This document shows positions 18,522 to 18,937 of a stretch of DNA of 18,937 nt, one piece after another. The position numbers were made by a program, and so were the translations under genes. The stretch comes from a virus (taxonomy: Duplodnaviria > Heunggongvirae > Uroviricota > Caudoviricetes). The stretch lies in the IMG/VR virus record IMGVR_UViG_2744054912_000001. The stretch is one strand, 5' to 3'. The stretch's first letter is position 1; each line of letters starts with the position of its first letter. The notes beneath the pieces are model-generated. The model did no database searches. It worked only from the letters and a program-made list of their open reading frames with translations, and was not told the DNA's origin.

Positions 18522-18937
18522 ATGCATCGTATAGACACGAAAACCGCGCAGAAGGATAAGTTCGGCGCGGGTAAGAACGGTTTTACCCGTGGTAACCCCC
18601 AGACCGGCACGCCTGCCACCGATCTGGATGATGACTACTTTGACATGTTGCAGGAGGAACTTTGCAGCGTGGTGGAGGCATCCGGTGCCAGCCTGGAGAA
18701 GGGGCGGCACGACCAGTTACTTACCGCACTTCGCGCGCTGCTGTTAAGCCGCAAGAATCCGTTTGGCGATATCAAATCGGATGGCACGGTGAAAACGGCT
18801 CTCGAAAACCTTGGTTTGGGAGAAGGCTCTGCATTACCTGTTGGTGTGCCTGTTCCATGGCCTTCAGCCACACCGCCAACAGGCTGGCTGAAATGCAACG
18901 GTGCGGCTTTTTCTGCTGAAGAATACCCGGAACTGGC
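18522..18937 (+). CDS. Tail fiber protein, N-terminal part (3' end beyond window); contains start of a phage tail collar-like domain
   Basis: Not in the ORF track because no stop is reached. ATG at 18522 with GGAG at 18512-18515. The translation ends with [33 protein letters not shown], which matches the conserved motif of phage tail-collar / side-tail-fiber domains. Confidence 0.8.
   Translation, partial: MHRIDTKTAQKDKFGAGKNGFTRGNPQTGTPATDLDDDYFDMLQEELCSVVEASGASLEKGRHDQLLTALRALLLSRKNPFGDIKSDGTVKTALENLGLGEGSALPVGVPVPWPSATPPTGWLKCNGAAFSAEEYPEL

Noticed and set aside
1-18937. CRISPR arrays, insertion sequences or transposase/integrase genes
   Set aside because: No regularly spaced direct repeats, terminal inverted repeats or recombinase-like translations were found; the window is filled by the contiguous late operon.

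Overview
This window reads as the late (virion morphogenesis) operon of a temperate enterobacterial prophage, all on the + strand with tightly coupled genes. From the translations I recognise an HK97-type packaging and head module (HNH endonuclease, likely cos region, P27-family small terminase, large terminase, portal, prohead protease, major capsid protein, connector and adaptor proteins) followed by a Mu-type contractile tail and baseplate module (sheath, tube, frameshifted chaperone, tape measure, DNA-circulation protein, baseplate hub, spike, wedge proteins, DUF2313-like protein, start of the tail fiber). That head/tail mosaic is the layout known from SfV- and e14-like phages. The most interesting element is a markedly AT-rich ~1 kb island at the 5' end (about 190..1190) carrying one 287-aa ORF of unrecognisable family, with its own promoter-like signals, sitting directly upstream of the HNH-cos-terminase junction; it is the best candidate for novel cargo or defence function, but I cannot assign it a function from sequence alone. 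All family assignments are from recall of conserved motifs and gene order; no database search was run. No rRNA, tRNA, CRISPR array or transposase was seen.
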